Assembly: GCA_030668825.1 (NCBI GenBank)
Contig: DAOVET010000022.1
Coordinates: forward strand, 1-37,609
DNA: 37,609 bases
Source of the DNA: Candidatus Heimdallarchaeota archaeon
GTDB lineage: Archaea; Asgardarchaeota; Heimdallarchaeia; Heimdallarchaeales; Heimdallarchaeaceae
Reading direction: 5' to 3'
The notes under the pieces were generated by a model. It ran no database searches, was not told the origin of the DNA, and saw only the letters and a program-made list of their open reading frames with translations. Of the stretch, positions 27,413 through 36,439 are shown in pieces; the first letter of the stretch is position 1, and each line of letters opens with the position of its first letter. A program made the translations under genes and the position numbers.

Positions 27413-27751
27413 CTATTCTACGATTACTGCTGTTCCGTAAGCAATTGTTGCATTATTGGCTCCTTGACCTATTTGATCTGAATCAATTCTTATCCCAATA
27501 ACTGCATTTGCACCCATACTGGTTGCATGTTGTACCATACGTTGAAGAGCTTGATTCCTTGCATCTATTGCCATTTCGGTATATGCTGTTACTTCTCCAC
27601 CACATGTAGATTGACAACCGGCACAAAAATCTCCACCTACACCTCTGGATCTTACAGTAGCACCAAAGGCTATTCCTACATAACGTGCGACTTTATGTCC
27701 TGGTATCTCATTTGTGGTTGAAATCCAAACAGCTTTTTGTTGTGTTGCCAT
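27413..27751 (-). CDS. YbjQ/UPF0145 heavy-metal-binding family protein
   Basis: STTNEIPG, GGEVTAYTE, ARNQALQRM, GANAVIGIRID and AYGTAV. Confidence 0.9.
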   Translation of the reverse strand: MATQQKAVWISTTNEIPGHKVARYVGIAFGATVRSRGVGGDFCAGCQSTCGGEVTAYTEMAIDARNQALQRMVQHATSMGANAVIGIRIDSDQIGQGANNATIAYGTAVIVE

Positions 27752-28067
27752 AGTAGCTAAAGAAAATGATTCTTCTTAAGTTTTTTGTATTTTTATGGGG
27801 TACTTTAGATATATATGATAATTAGTAATAGAAGGAAGCTATCCTTTATGCTCGCCAATAGTATATCTGCTCTTCCTATTCATACATTTAAAACTGGTTT
27901 CGAATTCAGAATTCGAATAGTAAAATTGAAACATAAATGTGATTTAAAGGCTTAAATTAACAGAAGCTCTCTATTATGTAAAAAAAACAACTAAAGTCAT
28001 CTCTATTCTTCGAAAATAAAATTACTTTATATTAACGAATCCACCACGAAAACACTAAAACGCTTTA

Positions 28068-28260
28068 GTTAATAGAGAAGAAAAGTTATTCTTCTTGCTT
28101 GAATTCTTCTCTCATTTTTGAAACCAATTCAGGATTAGTTAAGACATCAATAGCAGTCATAGCTAAAGCTTTAGCTGCAAATATCATTTGATTTTGACCA
28201 TAATCTGAAATAGCTGCTTTAGCAAAATCTGTTGAATGGGCGTTAATTTCTTTTTCACTT
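28068..28260 (-). repeat. 193-bp direct repeat copy 2 (3' end of the intact amidohydrolase gene plus 18 bp downstream)
   Basis: See copy 1 at 26545..26737. Confidence 0.95.
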
Positions 28261-29255
28261 ATTCCAATATATGGGTGAATTGTTGGAACTTCATGACTTA
28301 CGTTTCCAATATCGCTTGAACCTAATCCACTTCCTTTAGGTGATTCGTGAATTGGTAATCCTAGTGATTTGAGATTTTCTACCCAAGCTTGACCTAGGAC
28401 TTTGTTGACTTTACGTGATCTATATGGATTTCCAACTATTTGAAAAGTCATTTCTGCTCCTGTGATTAAAGCTGCACCTTTGGCAATATTTTCTACCTTC
28501 TTAACTAATTCTTTGCAGTAACTATCCTTCAGCGCACGAATATAGAACTCAGCAGCTGCATAATCTGGAACTATGTTTGGTTTCACACCTCCATGTGTGA
28601 TGATACCATGAATTCTAGCATCACTGGATATATGTTGTCGTAAAGCACTAATACCATTGAAAGTTTGTATGATTCCGTCTAAGGCGTTAATACCTTTTTC
28701 AGGTTGTGAAGAAGCATGAGCTGTTCTACCTTTAAACTCAATTTTTACTTCAGTTACAGCTAATCCTCCTCGTCCCACAATATTTCTGATAGCAGAAGGA
28801 TGAAACATCATAGCTGCATCAACATCCTCAAACAAACCATGCCTTATCATATAGATTTTCCCCCCTCCTCCTTCTTCAGCTGGTGTTCCCATAAAAATGA
28901 GCTTGCCGGGTAAATGCTTTTTGAATTTTCCTAGTGCTAAACTAGCTCCTAGAGCAGCTGTTGCGATTAAATTGTGACCACATCCATGTCCCATTTCAGG
29001 AAGAGCATCATATTCTGCTATAATAGCAACTGTTGGACCATCGTTAACTTCAGGATGTACAGCTCTTATAGCTGTTTCAAGAGACGCGATACCATATTCT
29101 ACATCAAATCCTGCTTCAATTAAATGATCAGAAAGTAGTTTAGAAGCTTTAAATTCCTTGAAATTGAGCTCAGGATTCTCCCAAATTTCTTTGCTTACAC
29201 TAAATAGCTTCTCTTTCATTTTATCTATTGCAGAACAAACTTTATCCTTATTCAT
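28086..29255 (-). CDS. M20 family amidohydrolase (PM20D2/ACY1L2-like)
   Basis: PELNFKE, AEYDAL, HGCGHNLI, GTPAEEGGGGK, MFHP, GSSDIGNVS and HS. Confidence 0.92.
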   Translation of the reverse strand: MNKDKVCSAIDKMKEKLFSVSKEIWENPELNFKEFKASKLLSDHLIEAGFDVEYGIASLETAIRAVHPEVNDGPTVAIIAEYDALPEMGHGCGHNLIATAALGASLALGKFKKHLPGKLIFMGTPAEEGGGGKIYMIRHGLFEDVDAAMMFHPSAIRNIVGRGGLAVTEVKIEFKGRTAHASSQPEKGINALDGIIQTFNGISALRQHISSDARIHGIITHGGVKPNIVPDYAAAEFYIRALKDSYCKELVKKVENIAKGAALITGAEMTFQIVGNPYRSRKVNKVLGQAWVENLKSLGLPIHESPKGSGLGSSDIGNVSHEVPTIHPYIGISEKEINAHSTDFAKAAISDYGQNQMIFAAKALAMTAIDVLTNPELVSKMREEFKQEE

Positions 29256-29381
29256 CGTCTTCGATAATTTTGTTAATCTATGTGTATAAAAAAGTGTCTC
29301 AAAATCAGACTTTGATTACTTCAGTTGTTTCTTCTACGATATAGACTAGTTTTAAAAGAGATTATTAGAAACCACTCTGAA

Positions 29382-29555
29382 ATGAATAAGAGCTTTACAA
29401 GCAAAATTTTAGATTTACTTCAACAAGGCGACGAACATTTAGAAGATATGATTGCAGAATATATAGCAAAAACAAAGAAGAACCCATTTAAACAAGGGGA
29501 GTTCACCGATGATTTTCTAAATTGGAAAAATAACAAAGAAAAGAAAGCTCAATGA
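29382..29555 (+). CDS. Small hypothetical protein
   Basis: ATG 29382 has TTTTAAAA 25-32 nt upstream, whereas the track uses TTG 29325. Natural-looking charged helical sequence. Confidence 0.5.
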   Translation: MNKSFTSKILDLLQQGDEHLEDMIAEYIAKTKKNPFKQGEFTDDFLNWKNNKEKKAQ

Positions 29556-29577
29556 AATTAGGTAATCACACTTCATC

Positions 29578-30111
29578 TCAGTAGGTACTTTCTAACACAC
29601 AGTGTGATTGTAGAAAATACTTTTCCCCGTTTGATCTCACTAATTCAAGAACTATATGCAAAACTATTCCAACATCCCATTTTGGACCATCACTAGCTCT
29701 TTTTTTCAAAGTGTTTTGTTCAATTCCCATGTCTTCTAGTTTAGTAAACCAGATCTCTGTTGGAGGTGATTCTTCAGGAATCCAGATTTCAGCTCCCCAG
29801 TAAATAACCCACATTCTATCAGAATCAAGATAATCGGGAAATATAGAGACATTCGTTGCAATTATCGTTATTGCCGCATATATCCCCGTCCCCCCTTCTT
29901 CAACAACTGGCATAAAATCTCGCCAAAGGAAAGCATCTACTGTTATACTCATATTGTTAATGATGATTCTTTCTGAAGCTTCACGTAGTAAATCAATTGC
30001 AATGTTATAACTAAAATTTGGCCTGTAAAGTATTGGAACTGTTACTCCAGTAGCAACGACTGATAATACTAAGAAAGACACTATTATCTTCTTTGAAATC
30101 ATCTTCTCCAT
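29578..30111 (-). CDS. Hypothetical protein with N-terminal signal/TM
   Basis: N-terminal hydrophobic helix, LWRDFMP and GPKW segments. No family recognised. Confidence 0.7.
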   Translation of the reverse strand: MEKMISKKIIVSFLVLSVVATGVTVPILYRPNFSYNIAIDLLREASERIIINNMSITVDAFLWRDFMPVVEEGGTGIYAAITIIATNVSIFPDYLDSDRMWVIYWGAEIWIPEESPPTEIWFTKLEDMGIEQNTLKKRASDGPKWDVGIVLHIVLELVRSNGEKYFLQSHCVLESTY

Positions 30112-30240
30112 TATAGATATCTCTCAAAGATTATAATATTGTTTTTGTGTTTTATTGTGCACACATTTATATCTTTAAACAATCATGTTTTTGGTTTCTT
30201 GAATGTTCGAATTAAAACGGTTGTAGTCTAAGCGATCAAA

Positions 30241-30262
30241 CAAAAGAAAAAAAAAGAAAAAA
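30241..30262 (-). terminator. Oligo-T terminator of 30271..30678
   Basis: A-rich run CAAAAGAAAAAAAAAGAAAAAG (T-tract on the minus strand) just past the stop. Confidence 0.5.
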
Positions 30263-30270
30263 GTTTTATT

Positions 30271-30678
30271 TCATTTCTTAATGCTTATTAGATAGTAGAT
30301 TCCACCAACTAGAACAAGAACTCCTCCTAAACCTCCAGTAATCAAGCCTATAAGTATTAGAATTACACCTAACCACATTACATCTTTAACTAAAGGTCCT
30401 GTTTTGAGAGTATCTTGTAACCATTCCCAGATTAAAAATAGTACTAAGAATCCTAGCAACATTTGGATTAAACCAGTTAACCATGGAATATATGCCAATG
30501 TGAAAAAGGACGCGCTACCAATAAAATATAATCCTGGTGCAAGATACGTGAAAAAGGTAAGGAATCCCGAAACTAGAAGTACAAAACCTCCTATCAAAGC
30601 ATTCCAGTAACCTGCAAATTTCCAATTTGATTTGCTAGGTTTTTTTGCTGTTGTAACTGTTGTTGTCGTTTCTGACAT
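30271..30678 (-). CDS. Small membrane protein (about 4 TM, Gly-rich)
   Basis: Hydrophobic segments and a GLITGGLGGVLVLVGG C-terminal hairpin. Confidence 0.75.
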   Translation of the reverse strand: MSETTTTVTTAKKPSKSNWKFAGYWNALIGGFVLLVSGFLTFFTYLAPGLYFIGSASFFTLAYIPWLTGLIQMLLGFLVLFLIWEWLQDTLKTGPLVKDVMWLGVILILIGLITGGLGGVLVLVGGIYYLISIKK

Positions 30679-30769
30679 AACACAGATTAATGTTTTAATG
30701 CATATAAATTTTTACCTTAGCTAAGAATTGTTTTAAATAATAAAATGGTTAAGTTAAATGTTTTTTAAC

Positions 30770-31408
30770 CTAATCTGTAAGTAAAACATGAACTATGTGA
30801 ACAGCAATCACAGCTAGAAAAATTAGCAGACTGCGATGGAGCTTATTTAGTATTTTATGACCTCTTTTTGATTTCCAGAGCGGTTTTATCTTTAGCTTGA
30901 TGATAGCTCCAGTCAGAATGTAAAATAGAAAAATCGCTACTGCAACCCAACCAAAAATGCCCACTTCTTGCTCTTTTTTAATAAATTCTATCCCATGAAG
31001 GATAATTATTGTTGTAGCAGCAAGAGTTAGCAAATAATGGAGGTAGTTTAGAGGTTTTTTCGTTTTCAAATAAACTTTTTGCGTAACATTTTTGATTTTT
31101 CCAGTTTTTTCCTCATCGTTTAGAAATTTCCTTGTAAACTTATATACAAAAAGTACGATAACGTTGATCATACCTGCAGCAAAAAGTCCAATTGCAATTG
31201 CGCCTATATCTTTAGCTAAATCATCACCTATTAAGCCAATACCATCATTGTAGCCATTGTCATCATCAGCTTGAACATAACTTAGCGATAAAATCATACT
31301 TATGCTCAATAAAGAAAAGAATAGTAAATAAAAAAATTTGGTTTTTCTTTGATTGAATTTTGTTTTTATTCCATCCTTTGTTGGAGATATATAGAGATTT
31401 TTCTTCAT
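30770..31408 (-). CDS. Membrane protein with paired TM histidines (cytochrome b/ferric reductase-like TM domain)
   Basis: LHYLLTLAATTIIILHG (H-x13-H) and LHRSLLIFLAVIAVHIVH (H-x12-H). Start moved to ATG 31408 because the track's 31570 start overlaps the divergent gene. Confidence 0.6.
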   Translation of the reverse strand: MKKNLYISPTKDGIKTKFNQRKTKFFYLLFFSLLSISMILSLSYVQADDDNGYNDGIGLIGDDLAKDIGAIAIGLFAAGMINVIVLFVYKFTRKFLNDEEKTGKIKNVTQKVYLKTKKPLNYLHYLLTLAATTIIILHGIEFIKKEQEVGIFGWVAVAIFLFYILTGAIIKLKIKPLWKSKRGHKILNKLHRSLLIFLAVIAVHIVHVLLTD

Positions 31409-31509
31409 ACTGCTATTAAAACCAACCTCAAAACTTACTTGTTTGATTTCTTCGCTGAGTACATACTTAATCTTTATAAATCCCATTTTACCAAGATATA
31501 ACGTTACTA

Positions 31510-31734
31510 ATGAGCTACTTGATTGATGAATTGAAAGAAAGATATGAAGGAAGAATTGATTTCTCAGCAAATAAGTGGACAGCTTTGCGAAAATTACAAG
31601 AAGAATTAGAGCAGAGGGACTTTACAGCTGAAGAAATTCAATTGTTAGGTGCAATTATTATTGATATTATAAATAAACACGGAGGATCAAAGGAGGAAGT
31701 GTTTAGAGCTCTATACAAAGGGTATAATCTCTAA
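31510..31734 (+). CDS. Small hypothetical protein
   Basis: 74 aa helical, ATG start, TTTATAAA at about 31473-80. Confidence 0.65.
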   Translation: MSYLIDELKERYEGRIDFSANKWTALRKLQEELEQRDFTAEEIQLLGAIIIDIINKHGGSKEEVFRALYKGYNL

Positions 31735-31809
31735 TTTTTCAATAGAATTGATGTTTTCTTTAAAAAATTAAGCGTCACATTTAAATTCAAGTAAATAATT
31801 TTTAGAGTA

Positions 31810-32256
31810 ATGATTCAAGCTGTTTATATCATCTCTAGAACGGGGTTACCCATTGTAGTTGTAGACAAGGGAGATGATGACAGCAGTTTTTCAGATCAAG
31901 CTCTTTTCAGTGGAATAATGACAGCAATTCAAGCAGCTATGGAAGAAATAGATGTAGGTACCCCTAAGTTTGTTGATACAAGGAAATTTGAGATTTTCAT
32001 TGAATTATCCGATAACATCGCAGTTGCTTTATTACGGAAAGCTCATACTGATGTAGAAAGATCTATAATCCATGAAATAACTGCAGGAATACTAGAAGAT
32101 ATCTCAGTTAAATTTCCTAACATATCCGATTATAATCTGCTGACTGAAGAGCAAGTTGAAGAAATTGAACATTTTGTTGAGGAAATGATGAAAAAGGGGG
32201 ATAAGGAGATTGCACAAAGGAAAGCAACAAAAATCATTTCTGATTCATTTTGGTGA
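31810..32256 (+). CDS. Longin/roadblock-like domain protein (Asgard-type eukaryotic signature protein)
   Basis: MIQAVYIISRTGLPI...DQALFSGIMTAIQAAMEEI N-terminal strand-hairpin-helix pattern. TTTAAAT 24-30 nt upstream. Confidence 0.75.
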   Translation: MIQAVYIISRTGLPIVVVDKGDDDSSFSDQALFSGIMTAIQAAMEEIDVGTPKFVDTRKFEIFIELSDNIAVALLRKAHTDVERSIIHEITAGILEDISVKFPNISDYNLLTEEQVEEIEHFVEEMMKKGDKEIAQRKATKIISDSFW

Positions 32257-32261
32257 TAGTT

Positions 32262-32999
32262 ATGGTGGAAGTCCCTCTCTCAGCAGTTATATTTGAAACT
32301 TTTATTAGCGTAATGTTAATTTCTGTATTTGTTTTGATTTTATTGAAGTACATCCAAAGGAGAAAGAAACCGGTTCTTTATTTATTGTTAACTTTCTCTA
32401 GCTTTTCTCTTGCGAGTCTAATATCGGCAATAGGTCGATGGTTAGGATACTTCTTGGGTAATGATACTATCGGTTATACCGACCTCTCGAATATATCTGC
32501 GTTCTTACTGCTAGCAATTTCAAATTGTTTTGTTATTGCTTTTGTTGAAACAGTATTTGTTAATAAGGGCATAGACTTTGCTCTTCCATTTCTTGTGATA
32601 AATGGTGTTGCTGTTGGTATGTCTATTGAAGCAATTATCTATTGGTTCTCGAATAAGGAATTTGGTTTATTGGCTAATAAATTTTACATACTTGTGTTAT
32701 TAGCAATTATATCTTTAGTGACATATATTATTTTAACTTTCTATTCATTTAAGGAAGCAAAATTAAACACAGATAAACTTCCAAGATCAGGCTTTAATCT
32801 AATTGCAATATATGGAATATCTGTGAGTCTATTGTTCATCTTTTTTGCATTAGATAGTGTAATGGCCTCTCTTGGAAAAGGTTATTCCCCATTCTATTAT
32901 CTTGGGTGGACTTTTGCTATGACAGGTGTATTTTTAGGCTATTTAGGATACATCATGCCTAGTTGGCTGAAAAAACTCATATTGAGGAAAAGTTCGTAA
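32262..32999 (+). CDS. Seven-transmembrane protein (Asgard-type)
   Basis: Seven hydrophobic segments, LKYIQRRKK after TM1 and C-terminal GYIMPSWLKK. ATG 32262 is preceded by GGTGA overlapping the longin stop; alternative starts at 32250 and 32253. Confidence 0.75.
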   Translation: MVEVPLSAVIFETFISVMLISVFVLILLKYIQRRKKPVLYLLLTFSSFSLASLISAIGRWLGYFLGNDTIGYTDLSNISAFLLLAISNCFVIAFVETVFVNKGIDFALPFLVINGVAVGMSIEAIIYWFSNKEFGLLANKFYILVLLAIISLVTYIILTFYSFKEAKLNTDKLPRSGFNLIAIYGISVSLLFIFFALDSVMASLGKGYSPFYYLGWTFAMTGVFLGYLGYIMPSWLKKLILRKSS

Positions 33000-33112
33000 T
33001 CTAATTATAAAGATTTAATGAGAGCTTTTTCTCTCTTATATTACCCTAATGACAGAACGGAAAAGGTTGCTTACATCATATTCTTTATTTTAGGGGGAAA
33101 ACATTATAATAT

Positions 33113-34123
33113 TTGAATACTTTGCATTTAATGATGAAGTGGAATCATGAAGAAGAATTCGAAAATGTTGCTGTTTTCTTAGGTAACCTGTTCGATAAAA
33201 CTCCTGAAGATATCACAGATAGATTTCTTAATATTCCTGAAACGTATGTACTTGCGTTTAAAGAAGAAATTGATATCAAAGGTGTTTTAATTTCTATACG
33301 AGACGAGAAAGCCTATAACATAATGGAACTTCTTTATGCAGCTTTCGAACCCAATTTTAATTTCAAGGAAGGAAATGTGTTTAATAAGTTGATGAATTTC
33401 TGCAAAAAAGAGTACATAGACATTATCTTTGCTCATACTATCAATGAAAATAGTTTTGTGAATGTAGATATTGAAAAGCTCACGAAATTGGTAGCAATTT
33501 ACATGAGGGTTGGAATGAATCTATCTCTCTCAGATTACAAAGAAAAGTGGTATGATAAAGATAAGAATGAACTCCCTAAAATATCTACAGACAGTTTAGA
33601 ATTTCATGAGAAGTTCAAAGTTTCTAGAAAGAAAAAGTCAAAGAAGTTTACTTTGGTTGGTTTAAATGAGGTTTCTTGGACAAAAGTAGCAGAACTCCAA
33701 AATAAAGTTTATTCAAACATTGATTTTGAGGATAACATAAATATTCTTTCTAAGAACAGTACTGACTACAATATATCTTTAATTTCGAGACTTTTCAGTG
33801 GTTATTACGGTTCTCTGAGTGAAGAAACTTCATATTTTGCTTTAACAGATGAAGGTGAGTTAGCAGGATATATAATCACTCTAGCTCCAATAGATCAACG
33901 CGGTTTCATTGTAGATTTTGCTGTTAATCCTTCATACCAAAGTTTTGGTTTGGGAAAAGCATTGTTCAGAAATGCTATAATAAAATATTTTGAAGTGCTA
34001 AATTGTGAAAATATAGGTTCAGCTGTTACACTAGCAAACAAAAGAGCAGTAGGGATGTATCAAGAGAATGGATTTGAAATAAAGGGAAAAGAGGAAAAGG
34101 AAGGAATTCTCTTTATTGATTAA
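33113..34123 (+). CDS. GNAT family N-acetyltransferase
   Basis: C-terminal FAVNPSYQSFGLGKAL...VTLANKRAVGMYQENGF. TTG start, with an alternative ATG at 33131. Confidence 0.8.
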   Translation: MNTLHLMMKWNHEEEFENVAVFLGNLFDKTPEDITDRFLNIPETYVLAFKEEIDIKGVLISIRDEKAYNIMELLYAAFEPNFNFKEGNVFNKLMNFCKKEYIDIIFAHTINENSFVNVDIEKLTKLVAIYMRVGMNLSLSDYKEKWYDKDKNELPKISTDSLEFHEKFKVSRKKKSKKFTLVGLNEVSWTKVAELQNKVYSNIDFEDNINILSKNSTDYNISLISRLFSGYYGSLSEETSYFALTDEGELAGYIITLAPIDQRGFIVDFAVNPSYQSFGLGKALFRNAIIKYFEVLNCENIGSAVTLANKRAVGMYQENGFEIKGKEEKEGILFID

Positions 34124-34333
34124 ACTTTAAGACTTGTTATAATGATTATTTCAATAATGAACTAAAAATGTACTCTAATCAGGTTTTTTTAAACCTATTT
34201 TTTATTGATTTAAATAATTATTTGAATGATTATTTTTATATACACTGAATGTAAATAGAAACTTTTATCAATCTTATGTTAATAGTTTAGCAATTAGTCA
34301 ACTAAAAGCTAATTAAAAAAAAAGGTGTAAAAA

Positions 34334-36394
34334 TTGAAAAACAAGAAAAAAATCCTTTCTGTGTTTATTTTCTCTTTATTAATACTAGGAATTGTCTCAC
34401 CACTATTATCTCAATCAACTTTTGTTACCATTGATGACCCATTTAAATTAGACCTAGATGATGCTTATATTGAAGTTTATGTCTATGATGAACTTACTAT
34501 GAATCCTGTACAAGGTGCAGATGTTTGGCTTAGTGATGATGTTTATACCACCATAGATTTTGGCTTTACAAATATTGATGGTTTCATCAATTTTACTGGT
34601 TTAAGTCTTGGTCTTTATTATATTGATATTTATGCTTCTGGCTATGAAAACAATGGATCTACTGTAACTATTGATTATGAAGATGAAGGAGAATATGTTG
34701 AATTCTATCTTGTAAACGTCTTTGTACCTGGTAATGGTTTCATTGATGTCTATGTCTATGATTTTGAAACTACAAATCCTATACTAGGAGCATATGTTCA
34801 ATTAAACAATGAAGAAGGGTACTATATAACAGATGACTTTACAAACATCGATGGTTTCTACAATTTCACTGGTCTAGGTGCTGCGACTTATAATATTGAA
34901 GCGTCCGCTTTAGGTTATCATTACTTATCTGATTATGTTACAATTGATTATGATGGTGAAGGAGAATATTTGGAACTCTATCTTATGCCAGATTATGTAC
35001 CCGGTATCGGTTTCATTGATGTTTATGTCTACGATAATGTTACTCACACTCCTATAGCAGGAGCAGATGTTATGCTCTACGATGAATATTATTACTTCAT
35101 AGATTCTGGTACTACAGACATTGATGGTTTCTACAATTTCACTGGTCTAGGTATTGGTGACTATATAGTTGAAGCTGATACTTATGGCTATATACTAAAT
35201 TCTTCTTCGGTTTACATTGATTTTGATGGTGAAGGAGAATATTTGATGCTTTATCTATCGCCATTTGTTCGCACACTTGATATCCTTTATCCTTCTGACA
35301 GCCAAACAGTTGAAAGCGGATCAGTTCTTGTAGGATTCGATGCTAGTGAACCATATGAATTGGAAACAATTGATGTATATGTTGATGCAGAATATATAAC
35401 TACAGTTGGCATACATGGTGGTCCTTATACTGAATTTATTGTTCCTGTATTTGAAAATGGAACAAACACAATCTATCTTGAAGCTTATTGGAATGATGCG
35501 TCTATGGCTTCCGATACTGTTGATATCAATTCTATTAATGTTATTCCCACTGTGATTCTCAAGGAAGGCGACATTTTAAGATATAGATACTCAGATTTAA
35601 TTAATGTACAAACCCATGACCACAACTTTACATTCACTACCTGGCTCTCAACCTTTGAAATGTTGACTCATGTCACTATCCACCAGTATGATGCTGCTGG
35701 TACAATAATGCTTAATGAATTTTGGATGACTGTTAATGTACTTAATGGTTACGTATCATTTGATGAATCTGGTGAGCTTGAATTTGGGCATTTCTTCCCA
35801 TTTAGTAGTTTACTACCTAGTCCAGTTGTAGGAGATAAAATAGCATGGAATCCTTGGATGGTTATTCTAACAGTGAATGGAAGTACTGCATGGGAATATA
35901 CAGAAGTTTGGACATTAGAAGCTTCGATGGGTATGATGCTTTTCTATGTCGAAAAAAGTTCAAACCTTTTGTATTATCTTAAAATGCCTGGTTTTATTGA
36001 AGCGATTCTTCTAGAAACAACTATTGATTTTCTAAATCCATATGTATCTGATGTTGCAGATTTTGACTATGTTGAAGGAGATACAGGTAATGTTATTAGC
36101 TGGGATGCTACAGATATGAATCCTTGGAGTTATAGTATTTACAAAGACGCAGTATTTCTGCATTCCTTTAATTGGACAGCTGGTACTCCTATAGTAATAA
36201 ATGTTGATGGTCTTTCTGTTGGAACATATGTTTACAGAATTGTAGTAATGGACCTTGCAGGAAATATTGCAGAAGACACGGTCACAGTTACTGTCAACCC
36301 TGTTATTCCAGAATTAAGTCTATTTAGCAATCTGTTGCTAGTATCTACCTTTGTGTTTGTGGCTTATGTGATTAAGCGTAAAAGAGAAAAATAA
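34334..36394 (+). CDS. Cell-surface protein with three carboxypeptidase-regulatory/prealbumin-like repeats, Ig-like domains and a VIPE C-terminal sorting signal
   Basis: Signal peptide, three 91-aa repeats, acidic composition and C-terminal NPVIPEL-TM-KRKREK. AGGTG SD precedes the TTG start. Confidence 0.85.
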   Translation: MKNKKKILSVFIFSLLILGIVSPLLSQSTFVTIDDPFKLDLDDAYIEVYVYDELTMNPVQGADVWLSDDVYTTIDFGFTNIDGFINFTGLSLGLYYIDIYASGYENNGSTVTIDYEDEGEYVEFYLVNVFVPGNGFIDVYVYDFETTNPILGAYVQLNNEEGYYITDDFTNIDGFYNFTGLGAATYNIEASALGYHYLSDYVTIDYDGEGEYLELYLMPDYVPGIGFIDVYVYDNVTHTPIAGADVMLYDEYYYFIDSGTTDIDGFYNFTGLGIGDYIVEADTYGYILNSSSVYIDFDGEGEYLMLYLSPFVRTLDILYPSDSQTVESGSVLVGFDASEPYELETIDVYVDAEYITTVGIHGGPYTEFIVPVFENGTNTIYLEAYWNDASMASDTVDINSINVIPTVILKEGDILRYRYSDLINVQTHDHNFTFTTWLSTFEMLTHVTIHQYDAAGTIMLNEFWMTVNVLNGYVSFDESGELEFGHFFPFSSLLPSPVVGDKIAWNPWMVILTVNGSTAWEYTEVWTLEASMGMMLFYVEKSSNLLYYLKMPGFIEAILLETTIDFLNPYVSDVADFDYVEGDTGNVISWDATDMNPWSYSIYKDAVFLHSFNWTAGTPIVINVDGLSVGTYVYRIVVMDLAGNIAEDTVTVTVNPVIPELSLFSNLLLVSTFVFVAYVIKRKREK
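34465..35265 (+). repeat. Three intragenic tandem repeats, period 273 bp (91 aa)
   Basis: (Y/F)I(E/D)VYVYD..T..P..GA.V.L...T(N/D)IDGF.NFTGL....Y...VTID(Y/F)..EGEY occurs three times. GGTTTCATTGATGT at 34736 and 35009. Confidence 0.9.
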
Positions 36395-36408
36395 ACAATT
36401 AACACCAA

Positions 36409-36424
36409 ATTTTCTTTTTTTTTT
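36409..36424 (+). terminator. Oligo-T terminator
   Basis: T-run after the stop of 34334..36394, between convergent genes. Confidence 0.55.
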
Positions 36425-36439
36425 GTAAAATCTCTCTTA

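Noticed and set aside
26545-28260. 193-bp near-identical pair as a diversity-generating retroelement TR/VR
   Set aside because: The mismatches are not adenine-specific on either strand (5 A and 2 T in the orphan copy on the plus strand) and fit GC-to-AT decay. No reverse transcriptase is in the window, and the target is a housekeeping-type amidohydrolase.
31409-31570. N-terminal extension of 30770..31570
   Set aside because: It overlaps the divergent 74-aa gene and its TATA box, so ATG 31408 is more plausible.
10177-31783. GTCACATTTA recurring in three intergenic regions (10177, 15787, 31774)
   Set aside because: Found post hoc, its position relative to genes is inconsistent, and only one copy sits at a normal promoter distance.
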